Source: Candidatus Latescibacterota bacterium (GTDB lineage: Bacteria > Latescibacterota > UBA2968 > GCA-2709665). Taken from it: DNA of 64,000 bases. Within the stretch, counting starts at the first letter, position 1. Each line of letters opens with the position of its first letter. The notes below the pieces were generated by a model that was not told where the DNA came from, searched no databases, and worked only from the letters and a program-made list of their open reading frames with translations. Positions 28,691 through 37,334 of this stretch are shown one piece after another. The DNA is taken from assembly GCA_965116875.1 (NCBI GenBank), contig OZ220733.1, positions 352,001-416,000 on the forward strand, written 5' to 3'. The translations under genes and the position numbers were made by a program.

Positions 28691-30055
28691 TCAACTGCGT
28701 GCTTCAATCGGCGACACCCTTCGCTGTCTGACTTCCCTGGTTTCCGCGGGCCGGATTTCCGGCGCATCTTCGCCGGCCTCGAGCATCCGCCGGACCAGAC
28801 GCTGTCTCATGATCCGCGCCACTTCCTGGTGGGAAGTCATCCCGATCAGATTGCATAACTCGTACGGATCGGCATCCAGGTCGTACAGATATTGTTCGAC
28901 GTAGCGGTCCGATCCTGCCTGCTGTGCGCCCCGTCCTTCAGGCGCATCCACGCCGTACTTCCACCGCCGGGTGCGCACGGCCCTCCCCACCTGGGCCTCA
29001 CTGATCTGCACGAAAACCTCCTCCGGCCATCCCTCGCCGTTCCCGGCCGTCAGTGGCAGGATGGACCGGCCCTGCATCTCGGGCGGTATCGAAATCCCAA
29101 CCGCATCCAGAAGCGTGGGCGTCAGGTCCACCGTGCTTACCAGTTTCTGAATGCGGCCCCCGCCGTCGAATCCCGGTCCCTGAAGCGCCGTTGGCACACG
29201 AATCGAACTCTCGTGGCAGGACCGCTTGTACTCGGCATTACGGGTCTTGAAGTGGCAGCCATGGTCCGACGTAAACAACACGACGGTCCGTTCCAGGAGG
29301 CCCGTACTCTTCAGCGCGTCCAGCATCCTTCCCAATGCCTCGTCCAGGCGCTTCACCATTCCGTAGTAACCGCCGAGATGACGATGGGCAGACCCCCCCA
29401 GGGCAGCCAGATCGGGCGGTATCCACCGGCCGTTATATCGCTCGCGGTACCCGTCCGGGGCCGGATAGTCGTCAATATGGTTCTGGTGGTGGGGCTCAAT
29501 ATAGGAGACAAACAGAAAGAACGGACCCTCCCGGTTCGCGTGAATATACCTGATCGCGGCGTCCGAGACGGCGTCGACCCGATATCCCGGCAGATCCACC
29601 GGATCTCCCTGGTTGTCGTACATTACCGTTCGATAGGCCTCCGACGTGAATTCGAGCGCATTCGAGGCGAGCCAGTATTCATAACCTCCGCGCCCTTCCG
29701 GTGGCACGGGACCCTTCGTCCCCCTTCCGTACAGATGCCACTTGCCGATATACGCCGTCCGCCAGCCCGCGTCATTGAAATGGTGGGCGAGGGTCCGACT
29801 GTCCGGAGGAAGAGGGATTCCATTGCGAAAGCAACCCGTCGTCGTCGCGTACAACCCTGTCTGCAAACAGGAACGCGCGGGTCCGCAAACGGGCTGGCAG
29901 GTGAATGAATTGTAAACATGGGTGCCCCGCTGCGCCATCCGATCGAAATTGGGCGTCAGGCTCAGAGGATTCCCGTGAACGCCGGTTGTATCCCACCGTT
30001 GCTGATCGGTATAGAACACCACGACATTCGGCTTCTCAGACAGATTATCGACCAT
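28691..30055 (-). CDS. Sulfatase (Cys-type, no signal peptide)
   Basis: PNVVVFYTDQQR, CGPAR (CxPxR), IGKWHL, TSDHG and LYDL.ADPYE motifs. Confidence 0.93.
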   Translation of the reverse strand: MVDNLSEKPNVVVFYTDQQRWDTTGVHGNPLSLTPNFDRMAQRGTHVYNSFTCQPVCGPARSCLQTGLYATTTGCFRNGIPLPPDSRTLAHHFNDAGWRTAYIGKWHLYGRGTKGPVPPEGRGGYEYWLASNALEFTSEAYRTVMYDNQGDPVDLPGYRVDAVSDAAIRYIHANREGPFFLFVSYIEPHHQNHIDDYPAPDGYRERYNGRWIPPDLAALGGSAHRHLGGYYGMVKRLDEALGRMLDALKSTGLLERTVVLFTSDHGCHFKTRNAEYKRSCHESSIRVPTALQGPGFDGGGRIQKLVSTVDLTPTLLDAVGISIPPEMQGRSILPLTAGNGEGWPEEVFVQISEAQVGRAVRTRRWKYGVDAPEGRGAQQAGSDRYVEQYLYDLDADPYELCNLIGMTSHQEVARIMRQRLVRRMLEAGEDAPEIRPAETREVRQRRVSPIEARS

Positions 30056-30129
30056 TGCAACCTCCGGCTGTATTGTCTACCGTCACAGAATCGGCGATAC
30101 GCCGCCGCCCGTATAGACAAATATGGGTG

Positions 30130-30198
30130 GGTTTTCCCGCCTTGACCGCCGCTTTTTCGCTCGCGCTCGGGAACTCACCGGTAATTTTAAAACGGCTT
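30130..30198. repeat. Dispersed ~69 bp repeat, copy 2 (inverted relative to copy 1)
   Basis: Reverse complement aagccgttttaaaattaccggtgagttcccgagcgcgagcgaaaaagcggcggtcaaggcgggaaaacc matches 4005-4072. Confidence 0.85.
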
Positions 30199-30307
30199 CT
30201 TGCGATCGCGCTGCAAAAGGGCGTGACAGAATGGGTCCGCGGGGATATCTTATGTCTTCGCCAGACGTACAACCGACCCTGATCCCCGATTGCCCGCGGA
30301 ACCTCCA

Positions 30308-31603
30308 ATGAAACTTCAGTCGATGCGCGATCTGCTCGAAAAGGCCGACCGGTACCTAGCAGGCGGTTGTCTGGGCAGCTTTCGGATGCCGGACGAAGTC
30401 GCAACCGTGATCCGGCGCGGGACCGGCTGCCGGATCTACGACACCGACGGCAGGGAATATATAGACTACATCCTCGGCTCCGGGCCGCTCATTCTGGGCC
30501 ATGCCCATCCCGCTGTGGTCGAGGCTGTCCAGCGCCAGGTTGCGCTGGGTTCGACTTTCTATGCCCTCAATGTACCCGCCATCCATCTGGCCGAGCGTAT
30601 CGTCGAAGCCTCGCCCTGCGGGGAGTCCATCCGTTTCACGTCATCGGGTACCGAAGGCACTTTTTCGGCACTGCGAATGGCACGGGCATTCACCGGCCGG
30701 GAAAAGATCCTCAAATTCGAAGGCGGCTGGCACGGCGCGCACGACTACGCCCAGCAAAGCACGACGCCGCCGAGTCCCACGGATGGGCCCGTGGCCGTAC
30801 CGGACTCCCAGGGGATACCCAAAGCGGTCGGACGGTCGGTTCTGGTCGCCCCGTTCAACGATGCCGAAGCCGCCGAAGAACTGATCGAGTCCTATGCCGA
30901 CGACCTTGCGGCCGTAATCGTCGAACCCTTTCAGCGCGCCCTTCGGCCCGAGCCAGGCTTTCTTGAAGCCATCCGCCGGGCATCAATCGATCACGGCGTC
31001 ATCCTCGTTTTCGACGAAGTCGTTACCGGCTTCCGCATTGCCTGGGGCGGCGCACAGGAGCGCTACGGGGTTGTACCCGACGTCGCCGTCTACGGAAAGA
31101 CGATCAGCGGCGGTTACCCCATGGCCGCCGTCTGCGGCCGCGCGGACGTTCTTGCGTGCGCCGATCCCCGCCGCAAGGGAAGAGCGCCGTATACCTTTGT
31201 GAGCGGCACCACCAATGGCAATCCCGTCAGCGCCGCCGCCGGACTGGCAACGTTGGACGTACTTGAAACCGAGGGCGTCTACAAGAGGCTTTACGACGTC
31301 CCCGCCCGGCTGGGTCGCGGCCTGGAAGCGCTTGGCGCAAAGACGGGACTGCCGCTTCAGGTCCTGGGTGAAGGACCCGTGTTGCAGCCCTACTTCGCGG
31401 ACGTCGAAATTCGAAACTACGCCGATACGCTTAAGGCCGACGCCCGCGCCGCGAGACAACTCGGCATTGAAATGATGAAGCGCGGCATCTTCTTCAACCC
31501 GGGCGGCAAACTCTATTTCTCGCTGGCCCACACGGAACCCGACGTCGACCGGACGCTGGAGGTCGCTGAAGCAGCACTCAAGCGGGTTCGGGTCGACCTA
31601 TAG
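30308..31603 (+). CDS. Class III PLP aminotransferase (glutamate-1-semialdehyde aminomutase-like paralog)
   Basis: YIDY..GSGPLILGHAHP, SGTE, KFEGGWHG, FDEVVTGFR and YGKTISGG (PLP Lys). Exact start uncertain (30290, 30308 or 30323). Confidence 0.88.
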   Translation: MKLQSMRDLLEKADRYLAGGCLGSFRMPDEVATVIRRGTGCRIYDTDGREYIDYILGSGPLILGHAHPAVVEAVQRQVALGSTFYALNVPAIHLAERIVEASPCGESIRFTSSGTEGTFSALRMARAFTGREKILKFEGGWHGAHDYAQQSTTPPSPTDGPVAVPDSQGIPKAVGRSVLVAPFNDAEAAEELIESYADDLAAVIVEPFQRALRPEPGFLEAIRRASIDHGVILVFDEVVTGFRIAWGGAQERYGVVPDVAVYGKTISGGYPMAAVCGRADVLACADPRRKGRAPYTFVSGTTNGNPVSAAAGLATLDVLETEGVYKRLYDVPARLGRGLEALGAKTGLPLQVLGEGPVLQPYFADVEIRNYADTLKADARAARQLGIEMMKRGIFFNPGGKLYFSLAHTEPDVDRTLEVAEAALKRVRVDL

Positions 31604-31697
31604 CTGCGGCGGGAGTTGCGGAACGATGCGTCTGCCGGCGAATCACTGAAGGATTCTCCTTGCAGATCCCGCCCACCTTCAATCACGACTCCAATAT

Positions 31698-32696
31698 ATG
31701 GACCTTTTCCTGAGCAAGTCCACCGTTGTCGGGGCCGGTCTGATGGGCGGTCAGATCGCCCTGGTTCTGGCACTCGGAAGCAGAGAAACCTGGCTGATCA
31801 GCCGGCGGCCGGAAAGCCTGGACAACGCACGAAGGAATCTTGAGCGGTACGCGGAGGATCTCGGACGACACGACCGGCTTCGAGGTGAATCTCCGGACGC
31901 CGTACTCAACCGCGTCCGGACCACCACGGACCTCAAGGCGGCGGTTGACGAATCTGTCTTTGTCGTGGAGTCCATCACGGAAGACCTGGAATCCAAACAG
32001 GCGCTCTTCCATCGACTGGACGCCCTCGCGGCAACAGATACTCCCCTTGCAAGCAACACGTCCGGGCTGCCCATTTCCAGACTCGCGGAAAGAGCCCGGC
32101 ACGCCGACCGCATTGCCGGCTCTCACTTTGTTCAGCCTGCTCACATCGTACCCGTAGCCGAAATCGTCCGCGGCCAACAGACCTCGAACGAGACGATGGA
32201 CCGTATCACCAGAATCTGGCAGAGGCTGGGCTATTTTCCACTTCGCGTGAACAAGGACGTACCCGGGTTCCTCGTCAACCGTCTTCAGCATGCCCTCATC
32301 CGCGAGGCCGTCGACCTTCTGGCGTCAGGCGTCGCCTCGGCGGAGGACATCGATGCCGCTTTCCGTCTGGGGCTCGCGCCCAGATTCACCACCGCGGGAC
32401 CGCTGGAACAACGCGACATCAACGGCCTGTCCATGCACGTCCGCGTTGCCTCTCACCTGTGGAAGACCCTGGGCGGGTGGGAGACGCCGTTCGATTATCT
32501 TCAGAAGCTGGTCGCCACGGGCGCAACCGGCCTGGAGTCGGGAAATGGTTATTACAACTGGGCGGGCAGCGACCCGCATGCGGTCCGTACTGCAAAGGAC
32601 GAGTTACTCCTGCGCCGGACCGCCGAGGTGATGGCGGACTGGGAAGAGGAGCGGGAGAAGCGGCGTAAAGGGCCGAAGACAAGGCCAACGCTGTAG
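31698..32696 (+). CDS. 3-hydroxyacyl-CoA dehydrogenase family protein
   Basis: VVGAGLMG, VVESITEDL..KQ, LASNTS, HFVQP and PGFLVNRLQ motifs. Confidence 0.9.
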   Translation: MDLFLSKSTVVGAGLMGGQIALVLALGSRETWLISRRPESLDNARRNLERYAEDLGRHDRLRGESPDAVLNRVRTTTDLKAAVDESVFVVESITEDLESKQALFHRLDALAATDTPLASNTSGLPISRLAERARHADRIAGSHFVQPAHIVPVAEIVRGQQTSNETMDRITRIWQRLGYFPLRVNKDVPGFLVNRLQHALIREAVDLLASGVASAEDIDAAFRLGLAPRFTTAGPLEQRDINGLSMHVRVASHLWKTLGGWETPFDYLQKLVATGATGLESGNGYYNWAGSDPHAVRTAKDELLLRRTAEVMADWEEEREKRRKGPKTRPTL

Positions 32697-32731
32697 ACCA
32701 ACGATCGTTACTCGTTGTTTCAGGAGGCGCG

Positions 32732-33607
32732 ATGGGGGACCACAAAAACGAAATGCCGGCTGAGGAACGATACTTCTTCGACCTGAGCGGATACCTGGTT
32801 GTACGCAACGCGCTCACGTCCCACGAGGTCGCCGAATGCAATGCCTCCATCAATCACTACGCCGAACGCGTCTCCACCCGTTCCATCGAAACAGGCGGCC
32901 TCGCTGGCGGGTCATCCGCCCTCAAAGGCGCGCAGGGGCGAAAGGAACTCACGGGAATGCTGGGTTGGCCCGCGCCTTACAGGGAGCCGTTCCGCCGGCT
33001 GATCGTCCATCCCGTTGTGGTCTCACGCCTGAATGAAATGTCCGGAAAGGGCTTCCGGCTGGACCATGGCCCCCTGTTGATTGGCGCGGAACCCGGGGCC
33101 GAGGGGCACCAGTTGCACGGCGCGGGCGAACCGTTCGGTCCTTCCGTATGGTACCACCAGCAGAACGGAAGGATGTACTGCCGGGGCGTCACGGTTGCCT
33201 GGCAACTGGCGGACGTCAACGAAGGTGACGGCGGCTTCTGCATCGTACCCGGAAGCCACAAGACCCGGGAACCCACTCCCGCGGGCGTGCGATCCGTTGA
33301 AGATCACATGGACCTTGTCGTGCAACCTGTGATGAATGCGGGCGACGTACTGTTTTTCGCAGAATCCGCCACGCACGGAACCCTGCCGTGGGAGGGCGGA
33401 CACGAACGCCGTTCCGTACTCTACAAATATGCCTCACGAGCCGCCGCCCGTGCAACGGGACGTCATTTCAGGCCCGAAGCCCGCTGGGGAGACTGGGTCC
33501 GGGACCTCAGCCCGGAACAAAGAGCCGTTCTCTACGGGCCGGGCGTCCATACCGGCAATGACTTTCCACGGCTGGAATCGGACGGCGAAAAGACCTGGGT
33601 CGCCTGA
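32732..33607 (+). CDS. PhyH-family Fe(II)/2OG enzyme with HxA motif
   Basis: FDLSGYLVV, LHGAG, DGGFCIVPGSHK and AGDVLFF...THGT...RRS motifs. Confidence 0.88.
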   Translation: MGDHKNEMPAEERYFFDLSGYLVVRNALTSHEVAECNASINHYAERVSTRSIETGGLAGGSSALKGAQGRKELTGMLGWPAPYREPFRRLIVHPVVVSRLNEMSGKGFRLDHGPLLIGAEPGAEGHQLHGAGEPFGPSVWYHQQNGRMYCRGVTVAWQLADVNEGDGGFCIVPGSHKTREPTPAGVRSVEDHMDLVVQPVMNAGDVLFFAESATHGTLPWEGGHERRSVLYKYASRAAARATGRHFRPEARWGDWVRDLSPEQRAVLYGPGVHTGNDFPRLESDGEKTWVA

Positions 33608-33648
33608 ACGAGCACGTTCAACGCCACGGATCGCCGTTGGAGAACGCG

Positions 33649-34512
33649 ATGGATGCGAGAGAACGCTACTTCTGGGATCTGACTGGTTATATCGTTGTAA
33701 AGAACGTACTGAATTCCAATCAGGTCGCCGCTGCGAACGAAGCGATCGACCTGCACCGGGACCGGATACGCATAGCCGACGACAATCTGGGAGCGCGCGA
33801 CTCTCAGGCCCTGCGGGGCACCGGGCGCCCAACCATGCACGACCTGCTGCAGTTGGAACGCCCGTACTGCGAACCGTTCCGGCGGATGCTGGTCCACCCT
33901 GCCGTCGTTCTTCGCCTGAACGTGATGTGCGGTACAGGTTTTCGACTGGACCACGGCCCGTTGCTGATATCCGGCGTCAAGGGCACCGAAGGCCTGACCA
34001 TGCACGGCGCCGGCGAACCGCACAGACCGCACGCGGCCTACAACCATCAGAACGGTCAATCCTACTGCGGGGGTGTCACTGTAAGCTGGCAACTCGCCGA
34101 CGTGAACCCCGGTGACGGCGGATTCGTCTGCGTCCCCGGCAGCCACAAAACGGGATTTTCCATGCCTTCGGGGGTCCGTACCTGCGACGACGATATGGGT
34201 ACCGTCGTACAGCCGGCCATGCGCGCCGGCGACGTCCTCTTTTTCATGGACGGCGCGCAGACCCATGGCACACGCCCCTGGCGGAGTGAACGTCCCCGCC
34301 GATCGGTGTTGTACAAATATGCTTCCAGGTCCTCCGTACGGGGCGGCCCGGCCAAAGAACTCGCGCCCCCTGAAATCTACTGGGGCGAGGAGGTCGTGTC
34401 GGATATGACCGACGAGCAGCGCGCGGTCATGTTCGGGCCTTACTCCAACCACGGCGGCGATGTTCCGTATCTTGCCGTGGACGAAAACGGAGACGTCCGC
34501 GTCGAACGCTGA
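33649..34512 (+). CDS. PhyH-family Fe(II)/2OG enzyme with HxA motif (paralog of the upstream gene)
   Basis: WDLTGYIVV, MHGAG, DGGFVCVPGSHK and AGDVLFF...THGT...RRS motifs. Confidence 0.88.
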   Translation: MDARERYFWDLTGYIVVKNVLNSNQVAAANEAIDLHRDRIRIADDNLGARDSQALRGTGRPTMHDLLQLERPYCEPFRRMLVHPAVVLRLNVMCGTGFRLDHGPLLISGVKGTEGLTMHGAGEPHRPHAAYNHQNGQSYCGGVTVSWQLADVNPGDGGFVCVPGSHKTGFSMPSGVRTCDDDMGTVVQPAMRAGDVLFFMDGAQTHGTRPWRSERPRRSVLYKYASRSSVRGGPAKELAPPEIYWGEEVVSDMTDEQRAVMFGPYSNHGGDVPYLAVDENGDVRVER

Positions 34513-34521
34513 AAACGTCCA

Positions 34522-35511
34522 ATGGAAGATGCAGCCGAAACCATTACAGGGCTGATTCAGAATGCCTATGCTTCGTTTGCACTTCTCGCGGGCATGCAGC
34601 TTGACGTCTTCACGCCCCTGTCCGACGGCCCGCTGGAGGCACGGCAGGTTGCAGAGAAGATCGGGGTATCGACCGACCTTCTCTCCCCGCTGCTTTTCGC
34701 GTTGACGGCAGCGGGCCTGCTGCGTGTTGAAGACAATCGATTTGTCAACGGCGGCGAGGCACAGCGCTATCTGGTTGCGTCCAGTCCCGACTACGTTGGC
34801 AACCTCCACCACCTGCTCTCCGACCTGTGGTCGGCAACCCTCAGGACCGCGAATTCGATTCGGCTCGGGCTGCCCCAGGCTGAACACAGCTTTGCCGACA
34901 TGCCATCCGGCCGGTTGCATGCCTTCCTTCGAGGACTTCACGGCGAGGCTCTCGCGACCGGACGGGACCTGGCTGCTCGTTTCGGATTCTCGACGCGCAG
35001 GCGCCTTCTGGATGTTGGAGGGGGATCGGGCGGCCTGGCCGTCGGCGTTGTCGAAGCGTGTCCCGATCTCTGCGCAACCGTTGTGGATCTGCCGGCAGTG
35101 ATCCCGGTAACGAGACGCTTCATCCGCGAGGCGGAGGCAAGCCAACGGATCCACACCCTTGCAATTGACGTCACACGAGAACCCGTGCCCGGCGAGTTCG
35201 ACGTCGCCGTGGTCAAGGCCTTTATCCAGACCCTGTCTCCATGCGAGGCAGGCCGGGCGCTGTCGCATATAGGCGCTGCTCTGAGCCCAGGGAGCGCAAT
35301 CTACATCCTGGGCAACGGCATCCTGGACGACTGCCGCTGCTCACCTCGGGAGGCCGCACTTTTCAACATCGTCTTCGTCAATATCTACCGCGGGGGGCGG
35401 GCCTACACAGAAAGCGAATACCGAGACTGGCTGCTTCAAGCGGGATTTGCGGACGTCCTCCGCGTCAGGCAATCGAACGGATCGAGCATAATCACCGCAC
35501 GGAAAACGTGA
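34522..35511 (+). CDS. O-methyltransferase family 2 (dimerisation domain plus SAM-binding domain)
   Basis: AGMQLDVFT.L..GP dimerisation domain; LLDVGGGSG, VVDLP.V and GRAYT..EY..WL..AGF motifs. Confidence 0.9.
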   Translation: MEDAAETITGLIQNAYASFALLAGMQLDVFTPLSDGPLEARQVAEKIGVSTDLLSPLLFALTAAGLLRVEDNRFVNGGEAQRYLVASSPDYVGNLHHLLSDLWSATLRTANSIRLGLPQAEHSFADMPSGRLHAFLRGLHGEALATGRDLAARFGFSTRRRLLDVGGGSGGLAVGVVEACPDLCATVVDLPAVIPVTRRFIREAEASQRIHTLAIDVTREPVPGEFDVAVVKAFIQTLSPCEAGRALSHIGAALSPGSAIYILGNGILDDCRCSPREAALFNIVFVNIYRGGRAYTESEYRDWLLQAGFADVLRVRQSNGSSIITARKT

Positions 35512-35571
35512 TTCATTCGACGCTGGCGAAACAGCCGAAGACTGGCTTCCCGTCAGTCCACAGGGAACTTC

Positions 35572-36408
35572 ATGGAAACGGACCTTGAAACGTATCTGTT
35601 CGACCTTCGCGGTTATCTGCATCTCGAGAATGCGCTCTCCGGCGAGGAAGTTGGCGAACTCAACGCCTGCCTGGATGAGATTCCCCCACTTACGCCGGGG
35701 GAGTGGTACGGTTACGTTCAAGCCCATACCTATGGCGACGACACCTCGGGACTGAACCTTCAGCAGATCTACGAAGCCGGGGAGCCCTTCGAGAACCTGA
35801 TTGACCATCCTTCCTGGTTCGAAAAGGTGAAGCGCTTTGTGGGAGGCGAGGGCAGTTTCGACTACCACCACGGTCCTCTGTTCATCGACGAGAATTTCGC
35901 CAACTTTCGCGAGCCTGGCGAAGCCATCGGGCTGCATTCCGGCGGATTTCCACCCATTCTGCGGAATCAGTTCCGCTACCATGGCGGGCGTTTTATGTGC
36001 GGCCAGATCAACATCCTTATGGCGCTGACCGACGTCGGACCTGGCGACGGCGGCACCATGTTGATTCCGGGAAGCCATAAGGCCAACTTCAAACACCCGC
36101 ATTTCGACAGGCACCGGATGTCCAGAAATGCCACCGTCGAAGGCATCGAGGGCGCCGTCGAAATTCGTATGGCTGCCGGAGATGCGCTTCTGTTTGTGGA
36201 CGGCATCTCACACGGATCCGCCCGGCGGTCCAACCCGGGCATCCGGCGCGTGGTCGTCTACCGCTACGGACCTTCATGGGGGAACTTCCGCCACGGCTAT
36301 CAGCCGTCACCGGAACTCCTGCAAAGACTCACGCCACAGCGGCGCCGCATCGTACAGCCGCAGCAACTCCTGCCTCGAGAACCGCAGGGAAAAACCGACT
36401 CCACGTGA
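35572..36408 (+). CDS. PhyH-family Fe(II)/2OG enzyme with HxG motif
   Basis: FDLRGYL, LHSGG, DGGTMLIPGSHK and AGDALLF...SHGS...RR motifs. Confidence 0.88.
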   Translation: METDLETYLFDLRGYLHLENALSGEEVGELNACLDEIPPLTPGEWYGYVQAHTYGDDTSGLNLQQIYEAGEPFENLIDHPSWFEKVKRFVGGEGSFDYHHGPLFIDENFANFREPGEAIGLHSGGFPPILRNQFRYHGGRFMCGQINILMALTDVGPGDGGTMLIPGSHKANFKHPHFDRHRMSRNATVEGIEGAVEIRMAAGDALLFVDGISHGSARRSNPGIRRVVVYRYGPSWGNFRHGYQPSPELLQRLTPQRRRIVQPQQLLPREPQGKTDST

Positions 36409-36467
36409 CAGGCGAATAGTACTGCCGCGACTTCATAAGTCCCATTCAAGAAACGAAGGAGGCTGCG

Positions 36468-37199
36468 ATGGCTGACTCACAGGAAATGCTGGAAGAACTG
36501 AAAGATTTCGACACCCCCTCGATCACGAACGTCGTGGCCACGTATCCCGGCAATCCGCTCTGCCTGAGCCTTTACAATCCATGGACGGAAAACTGGTACA
36601 CGGACCAGTCCATACGTTGTATGTATCCCGAACTGGGCCGCACGGTGGGGTACGCGGTAACGTGCGTCTTCGGACTGCCAGACCCGGACTACAGCTCTCT
36701 GTCGTTTCTGGACGTGATCGACGCGCTGGATGCTTCGCCAAAACCGACCGTCCTCGTCTTTCAGCAAAAATTCCCGCCCGAACTCGCGGCAAAGGTTGGC
36801 CTGGCCGGCGGAAACATGACCTCAGCGATGAAGGCCGTCGGGTGCGTGGGCGCGATCTCCAACGGTCCCTCCAGGGACATCGACGAGATCCGCCCCATGA
36901 AATTTCAATATATGCTCAGCGGTGTCACCGCCGGCCACGGCGGCATGGCCGTTCACGCCGTGAACGTGCCGGTCTCCGTAGGGGGGATGGACGTCGCACC
37001 GGGCGAAATCATCCACATGGACGAGAACGGCGCGTGCAAGTTCCCGGCCGACAAGCTGGAGGCGGTTCTCAACAACGTGCGTGCGCTGCAGAAGGAAGAG
37101 GAGGAGCGGATGGGCGCCCTGCTGAGCGCCTCTTCGGCCGATGAAGTCCGGGCAATCATGGGCGGCCATGCCTACGCCGAAGAGGAAGAAGAAGGGTGA
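36468..37199 (+). CDS. RraA/HMG-aldolase family protein
   Basis: VGYAVT, GG.M...MKAVGCVGAISNGPSRD and V.PGEIIH.DENG motifs. Confidence 0.85.
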   Translation: MADSQEMLEELKDFDTPSITNVVATYPGNPLCLSLYNPWTENWYTDQSIRCMYPELGRTVGYAVTCVFGLPDPDYSSLSFLDVIDALDASPKPTVLVFQQKFPPELAAKVGLAGGNMTSAMKAVGCVGAISNGPSRDIDEIRPMKFQYMLSGVTAGHGGMAVHAVNVPVSVGGMDVAPGEIIHMDENGACKFPADKLEAVLNNVRALQKEEEERMGALLSASSADEVRAIMGGHAYAEEEEEG

Positions 37200-37334
37200 C
37201 ACGCCAACCTGCGGCAGTCCGGGACAGGAGGCGCCCCGAGAATCTCCATAAACCGGGCGACGTGCGTGTCACGCGCGGCCGATGGACCTGAGATTCGCCC
37301 GTAAGAATCTGCCAGACAGACGGCAGGACGGTAG

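Noticed and set aside
30308-31603. Calling the aminotransferase hemL
   Set aside because: It lacks the N-terminal PGGVNSPVR of true GSA aminomutases and has no heme-gene context.
33532-35268. 578-aa minus-strand ORF
   Set aside because: Antisense shadow of the PhyH and O-methyltransferase genes.
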